Of a DNA stretch of 20,000 bases, positions 16,392-20,000 are shown in pieces. Position numbers and translations under genes: made by a program. The stretch's first letter is position 1. Every line of letters starts with the position of its first letter. Source of the DNA: an uncultured virus (IMG/VR IMGVR_UViG_3300027229_000184). Taxonomy: Duplodnaviria; Heunggongvirae; Uroviricota; Caudoviricetes. The DNA is taken from the IMG/VR virus record IMGVR_UViG_3300027229_000184; one strand, given 5' to 3'. The notes beneath the pieces are model-generated. The model ran no database searches, was not told the DNA's origin, and worked only from the letters and a program-made list of their open reading frames with translations.

Positions 16392-16416
16392 CTTATAACA
16401 ATTGGTAATAGACATT

Positions 16417-16719
16417 ATGAAAGTTAAAGTAAACATCATCGCTCAATTATGGTATAACGCCGCTTGGTATGAAGGCGGAGAGGCATGGAAGCCTAAAGGT
16501 GATACCACCTTCCAGGTCGACGGAGTCGATTCCGATGATCTGTTCTATGCAGACAAGGAAGTCTTAATGAAGACCTTCCAGGAGTTGTTGGACAAGCAGT
16601 CCACTGATGTTGAACGTTTTGAGTACATTGAATACTCAATTCAGGCTGACGAACCTACCGTCATCGCCGGTGTTGATTTCGAAGATTCATTAAACAAGAT
16701 GTTGAATTTGGGTTTGTAA
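16417..16719 (+). CDS. Acidic hypothetical protein (probable early gene)
   Basis: ORF track, with ATG 16417 preferred over TTG 16402. Follows promoter copy 2. Confidence 0.75.
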   Translation: MKVKVNIIAQLWYNAAWYEGGEAWKPKGDTTFQVDGVDSDDLFYADKEVLMKTFQELLDKQSTDVERFEYIEYSIQADEPTVIAGVDFEDSLNKMLNLGL

Positions 16720-16730
16720 ACCAAATTCAA
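16702..16730. repeat. Perfect 10-bp inverted repeat spanning a stop codon
   Basis: TTGAATTTGG (16702-16711) and CCAAATTCAA (16721-16730), followed by TTTCTT. Confidence 0.6.
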
Positions 16731-16743
16731 TTTCTTGGTATAA
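16718..16743 (+). promoter_or_regulatory. Putative promoter, AAAC-N16-GTATAA
   Basis: AAAC at 16718-16721 and GTATAA at 16738-16743. The ATG is at 16775. Confidence 0.55.
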
Positions 16744-16774
16744 TACTTTGATTTGTTGAACTAATAGGATCTAT

Positions 16775-17335
16775 ATGATTTATATCTACGACAAAAAGAA
16801 TCTCATTCACCGTCGAGTTAGCATGTTAAAGCTGACTGGCGGTATTTTAGCAGCAACAGCTCTAATCTCTTCAGTAACCTATTATACTGGTGTTACTCAT
16901 GGTTTTGAAAACTTAACTGAAGTTGAAAAGGCTATCGTCATCAAGAAGACTGACGAGTTTGAAAAGGCAAAACTCGTTCAAATGTTGAAAGATTTGAACG
17001 TTAAGTTCCCTTACATTGTAATGGCACAATCAATTCAAGAAACAGGGCATTGGAGGAGTGGAATCTTCTTGGAGAATCATAACCTGTTTGGAATGAAAGA
17101 AGCTCAGCGTCGAATCACAACCGCTGAAGGTACGAACCGTAATCATGCATATTACAACCACTGGAGAGAATCAGTCTATGATTACGCCTTCTATCAATGT
17201 CGTTATTTGAACGGTATTAAATCAGAATCAGAATACTTTCAATACCTATCGGCCAGCTATGCTGAGGATAGCGGTTACGTTAATGCTTTGAAAAACGTCA
17301 TTCAGCGAGAAGGATTGAAAGAATTATTTGACTAA
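16775..17335 (+). CDS. Membrane-anchored glucosaminidase (GH73/FlgJ-like peptidoglycan hydrolase)
   Basis: AQSIQETG (catalytic Glu), NHNLFGMK and YAEDSGY (YATD-like). N-terminal hydrophobic segment LTGGILAATALISSVTYY. Confidence 0.8.
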   Translation: MIYIYDKKNLIHRRVSMLKLTGGILAATALISSVTYYTGVTHGFENLTEVEKAIVIKKTDEFEKAKLVQMLKDLNVKFPYIVMAQSIQETGHWRSGIFLENHNLFGMKEAQRRITTAEGTNRNHAYYNHWRESVYDYAFYQCRYLNGIKSESEYFQYLSASYAEDSGYVNALKNVIQREGLKELFD

Positions 17336-17345
17336 TATATAGTGT

Positions 17346-17423
17346 ATGGAATTTGATTTTAACATTGACGTTAATCTTACTGATCACGAAGTGTTTTGTG
17401 ATCTAATGCAAGGTAGGGACTAA
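17346..17423 (+). CDS. Possible 25-aa acidic peptide
   Basis: MEFDFNIDVNLTDHEVFCDLMQGRD*. Preceded by AATATATAG-tgt-ATG and coupled by TAATG to the next ORF. Confidence 0.45.
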   Translation: MEFDFNIDVNLTDHEVFCDLMQGRD

Positions 17424-17554
17424 TGGCACGCTGGGAACAATACGATTTTTATCCTAAGAGTGGTGTGAATTGGCTAAAACCTGCACATAATCCAACAGGT
17501 CTTTTAATTCAAGAGCTTCTTAAAATGAAGTTTTGCTTGAAAAAGCGTAAGTAA
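17423..17554 (+). CDS. Possible 43-aa basic peptide
   Basis: MARWEQYDFYPKSGVNWLKPAHNPTGLLIQELLKMKFCLKKRK*. TAATG coupling, and it ends right at the next promoter-like motif. Confidence 0.45.
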   Translation: MARWEQYDFYPKSGVNWLKPAHNPTGLLIQELLKMKFCLKKRK

Positions 17555-17563
17555 GATATATAA
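17555..17563 (+). promoter_or_regulatory. Late-promoter-like motif GATATATAA, 3 nt before ATG
   Basis: GATATATAA-gtt-ATG (17567). Confidence 0.6.
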
Positions 17564-17566
17564 GTT

Positions 17567-17749
17567 ATGAAACACCTTCGTACATTCGAACAATTTAACC
17601 ATTCACTTGGTCATTTTGAGAACGATTTTATTGCTCAACAAGCGGAAAAGTTAGGTATGTCAAGAGAAGAGTATGTTGCTCACTATGCTAGCCCAACTAT
17701 CGGTTCTGGCATCGATGAGTCTAATGACGCCACATCTGACGTAAAATAA
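17567..17749 (+). CDS. Small leader-bearing hypothetical protein (60 aa)
   Basis: N-terminus MKHLRTFEQF matches the shared leader. Confidence 0.75.
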   Translation: MKHLRTFEQFNHSLGHFENDFIAQQAEKLGMSREEYVAHYASPTIGSGIDESNDATSDVK

Positions 17750-17778
17750 CAGACTGCCTTTACTTTAAGAGCAATTTT

Positions 17779-17801
17779 AGGGCCCAATTGGGCCCTTTTT
17801 T
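17779..17801 (+). terminator. Rho-independent terminator
   Basis: Perfect palindrome AGGGCCCAATTGGGCCCT followed by TTTTT. Confidence 0.8.
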
Positions 17802-17806
17802 AGTTT

Positions 17807-17815
17807 GATATATAG
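17807..17815 (+). promoter_or_regulatory. Late-promoter-like motif GATATATAG
   Basis: Directly after the terminator, heading the 17842-20000 gene run. Confidence 0.6.
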
Positions 17816-17841
17816 ACTAAAATAAAGCCCAATTACGTTTT

Positions 17842-18252
17842 ATGGAAAACGGTTTCAACGAAGACAATTTCTCTAATCGAGAGCTGGTAATGCAGCTTTT
17901 ATCTGCATTTAATTCTTTCAAGCAAAAGTTGGAAGATCCTAACTATGTGCAGCTTGAAATGGCAGTCCGTCAGATGATGGAAGGTCAGAAAGACATGCGT
18001 GAGGATATTTCAGAGTTAAAGAAACAATTGTTAAATCCATACGATGGCGTAATTGTAGAAACACAAAAGAACACTGAGTTCAGAAAGGAATCTATTCAAA
18101 CCGAAGCTGAGAGATTGAAGATGATCGAAGAGCACAAGGCTCTTATCAGATGGAAAGCAAACATCCAAAAGGTGGGTGTTGCAATCCTAACTTCAGCCGG
18201 TGCAGTTGTTGCATGGATTTTATCTGAATTTGTGTTTAAAGGTAAAGGATGA
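17842..18252 (+). CDS. Coiled-coil protein with C-terminal transmembrane helix
   Basis: Heptad-like helical body, and C-terminal VGVAILTSAGAVVAWILSEFVF followed by KGKG. Confidence 0.75.
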   Translation: MENGFNEDNFSNRELVMQLLSAFNSFKQKLEDPNYVQLEMAVRQMMEGQKDMREDISELKKQLLNPYDGVIVETQKNTEFRKESIQTEAERLKMIEEHKALIRWKANIQKVGVAILTSAGAVVAWILSEFVFKGKG

Positions 18253-18758
18253 TTGTAGAAAGAATTACGCTAATAGCGATCTACAGGACGCTAAAGCAGT
18301 TGGAAACTAACGAAGGAAGATTGTATGACATTGTTCTAAATCGTAAGACAACCAACTCAATCATTAGCCCAGAGGCATTCAAAGATTTGAATGCCCTGTT
18401 GTCGTTTATACAGAAAACATATCCCTATGCGATAGAAACCAAGCAACTTGAAGTTTGTCACTGGTACCCTTATGGAGTTGTTAAATTTTGGGTTGAAAAG
18501 AATAACGGTACCTTGGTTGAATTTAAGGCTGAGTTAACCGAAAAGAAAGGTTCACTAAACAACATTTCAAAAAAGAGATTGCGTGAATTAAGCACGTACT
18601 TGAATAACATTCAAAAGTCAATTAAAGGTCTAGTTATAGACCCTTACGTTGCACCTACCACTCCAACGTATGTTGAATGTGTTTACATTGACGATTTAGT
18701 AAAAAATGATGCCTACACCACTCTAATAGGCGAATACAACAAATACATTAAACCATAA
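18249..18758 (+). CDS. Hypothetical protein
   Basis: ORF track. ATGA overlap with the upstream gene and 2 nt to the next ATG. Confidence 0.75.
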   Translation: MIVERITLIAIYRTLKQLETNEGRLYDIVLNRKTTNSIISPEAFKDLNALLSFIQKTYPYAIETKQLEVCHWYPYGVVKFWVEKNNGTLVEFKAELTEKKGSLNNISKKRLRELSTYLNNIQKSIKGLVIDPYVAPTTPTYVECVYIDDLVKNDAYTTLIGEYNKYIKP

Positions 18759-18760
18759 AG

Positions 18761-20000
18761 ATGTTTGAAGATCTAAACTTAAACCCGGGTTCAAACGGTG
18801 GTAAATTGCCACTAGAAAGAAAAGTCCTAAAGCGTCCTCTAAGTCATGAGGAAATGGACTATAACATGCGCCTTATCAACAATATCGTTGATGATTATCC
18901 TATTAAAGGTTCTGGTACTGAAGGAGAATTGACTTCAGCTGACTTGAACAAGGCTCTGATCCTTACTGAGATTGATGGTAATTGGTTTTGGGTTCCGGGT
19001 GAAGCCGGAGGAGGTGGTGGAAGTGGTACTTCAGGTTCTTCCGGTACTTCAGGTTCTTCAGGAACTAGTGGTTCATCTGGCGCTGATGGTACATCTGGTT
19101 CAAGTGGTTCATCCGGTACAGATGGTACGAGTGGTTCATCTGGTTCTTCTGGTACGAGTGGTTCTTCTGGTACAAGCGGTTCATCTGGTACAGATGGTAC
19201 TTCAGGTTCGAGTGGTTTAACTCCGACTTCATCATCTTTAATGAGCTATGACTATGAAATCGATAATCCAACTGGATCTCCACAAGCTAATCCTACAGCA
19301 GACAGAATTTCTTTTAACACTTTTTCAGGTGAACTTTGGATTCCATATCTTGACGTAAATGGTATTGATCATTCTGGCAGATTACAACACCTTCTTTCAC
19401 AGGACACATTTGATCTGGATATTACCAATCCGGCGAATGGACAAATATATGATCACCTTGAAGTTATTGGTGCATACGTAGACACTGTGAATTTTGGAGG
19501 TACAGATTTCTTTGTTATTTTAGTTGAAAACATCAATGGTACCCTTGTTTCAAATCTTCAACCTAACGCGATCGGCGACATTAATTTTACAGGTACTCAC
19601 GCTACGAACCAGTATCACGTTTCTCGCAGAGTAGAATTAGATAAGTGGGGAGCTAGCACAGGTGCAGGTGGTGAAGGAACTTCGGGTTCTTCAGGTACTT
19701 CAGGTACCGATGGTTTAGCAGGTGATCCTGGTACTTCGGGCTCTTCAGGTACCGATGGTACTTCAGGTTCTTCAGGTACAGACGGTACTTCGGGTTCTTC
19801 TGGTACAGACGGTTTAGCAGGTGATCCTGGTACTTCAGGTTCTTCAGGTACAGACGGTACTTCGGGTTCTTCTGGTACAGACGGTTTAGCAGGTGATCCT
19901 GGTACTTCGGGCTCTTCAGGTACCGATGGTACTTCAGGTTCTTCAGGTACAGACGGTACTTCGGGTTCTTCTGGTACAGACGGTTTAGCAGGTGATCCTG
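18761..20000 (+). CDS. Ser/Thr-rich collagen-like (G-X-Y) fibre/virion protein, 3'-truncated by the window (absent from ORF track)
   Basis: From ATG 18761 the frame is open to the window end: MFEDLNLNPGSNGGKLPLERKVLKRPLSHEEMDYNMRL.... It has 21 G-X-Y triplets at 19025-19213, a ~150-aa globular spacer, then at least 37 triplets from 19667. The N-terminal R..K.PL...EMD.N resembles phage fibre anchor segments. Confidence 0.85.
   Translation, partial: MFEDLNLNPGSNGGKLPLERKVLKRPLSHEEMDYNMRLINNIVDDYPIKGSGTEGELTSADLNKALILTEIDGNWFWVPGEAGGGGGSGTSGSSGTSGSSGTSGSSGADGTSGSSGSSGTDGTSGSSGSSGTSGSSGTSGSSGTDGTSGSSGLTPTSSSLMSYDYEIDNPTGSPQANPTADRISFNTFSGELWIPYLDVNGIDHSGRLQHLLSQDTFDLDITNPANGQIYDHLEVIGAYVDTVNFGGTDFFVILVENINGTLVSNLQPNAIGDINFTGTHATNQYHVSRRVELDKWGASTGAGGEGTSGSSGTSGTDGLAGDPGTSGSSGTDGTSGSSGTDGTSGSSGTDGLAGDPGTSGSSGTDGTSGSSGTDGLAGDPGTSGSSGTDGTSGSSGTDGTSGSSGTDGLAGDP
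19025..19213 (+). repeat. Degenerate 9-nt coding repeat (GTS/GSS/GTD) x21
   Basis: Uninterrupted G-X-Y triplets with varied synonymous codons. Confidence 0.9.
19712..20000 (+). repeat. Near-perfect tandem repeat, units of 99/72/99 nt
   Basis: GGTTTAGCAGGTGATCCTG starts at 19712, 19811, 19883 and 19982. 19712-19810 is identical to 19883-19981, and the middle unit lacks one 27-nt block. Confidence 0.92.

Noticed and set aside
131..18758. No called gene ends in TAG, raising possible stop-codon reassignment
   Set aside because: Genes are intact and densely tiled under the standard code, with no TAG-interrupted frames. TAG avoidance alone is not evidence of recoding.
18972..19283. ORF-track entries 18972..19220 (+) and 19065..19283 (-)
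   Set aside because: They are shadow frames of the G-X-Y repeat. The real gene is the 18761 frame, omitted by the track because it has no stop in the window.
19712..20000. Regularly spaced 19-nt direct repeats resembling a CRISPR array
   Set aside because: The intervening sequences are themselves repeats, the region is in-frame coding, and no cas genes are present.

Overview
All credible genes lie on the + strand. The window looks like part of a large (jumbo/T4-like) dsDNA phage genome, probably infecting Bacteroidota. Support for the host is a Bacteroidota-like glmS, AT-rich starts without Shine-Dalgarno sites, and TAnnTT(T/A)-type promoters; this is inference. Four blocks are visible. (1) 372-8687 is a glycan-modification operon: a 1285-aa four-module glycosyltransferase (GT9-like + GT-A-like + GT4-like + Aah/TibC-type protein O-heptosyltransferase), two SAM methyltransferases, an NAD-dependent epimerase, GlmS and a DUF6165-like protein. 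(2) 9034-10728 holds a PAP2 phosphatase, an amidase whose Ser/Thr-rich N-terminus appears overprinted on the phosphatase gene, and a miniature MscS-like membrane protein. (3) 10715-17749 holds at least seven unrelated proteins sharing an N-terminal leader of the MKxxKLFEEFxNE type, similar to the T4 capsid-targeting sequence. They include a P-loop kinase, an R-S-E ADP-ribosyltransferase, a GNAT, a HAD hydrolase, a DUF5824-like protein and a DUF5661/ferritin-like polyprotein, and form a candidate capsid-packaged effector payload. (4) 16417-20000 holds a GH73-like muralytic enzyme, membrane and hypothetical proteins, and the start of a Ser/Thr-rich G-X-Y collagen-like fibre protein, a plausible substrate for block 1. 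Three recurring promoter-like motifs, several terminators and one GC-rich three-hairpin RNA element were also found. Family assignments come from motif recognition by eye; no searches were run.
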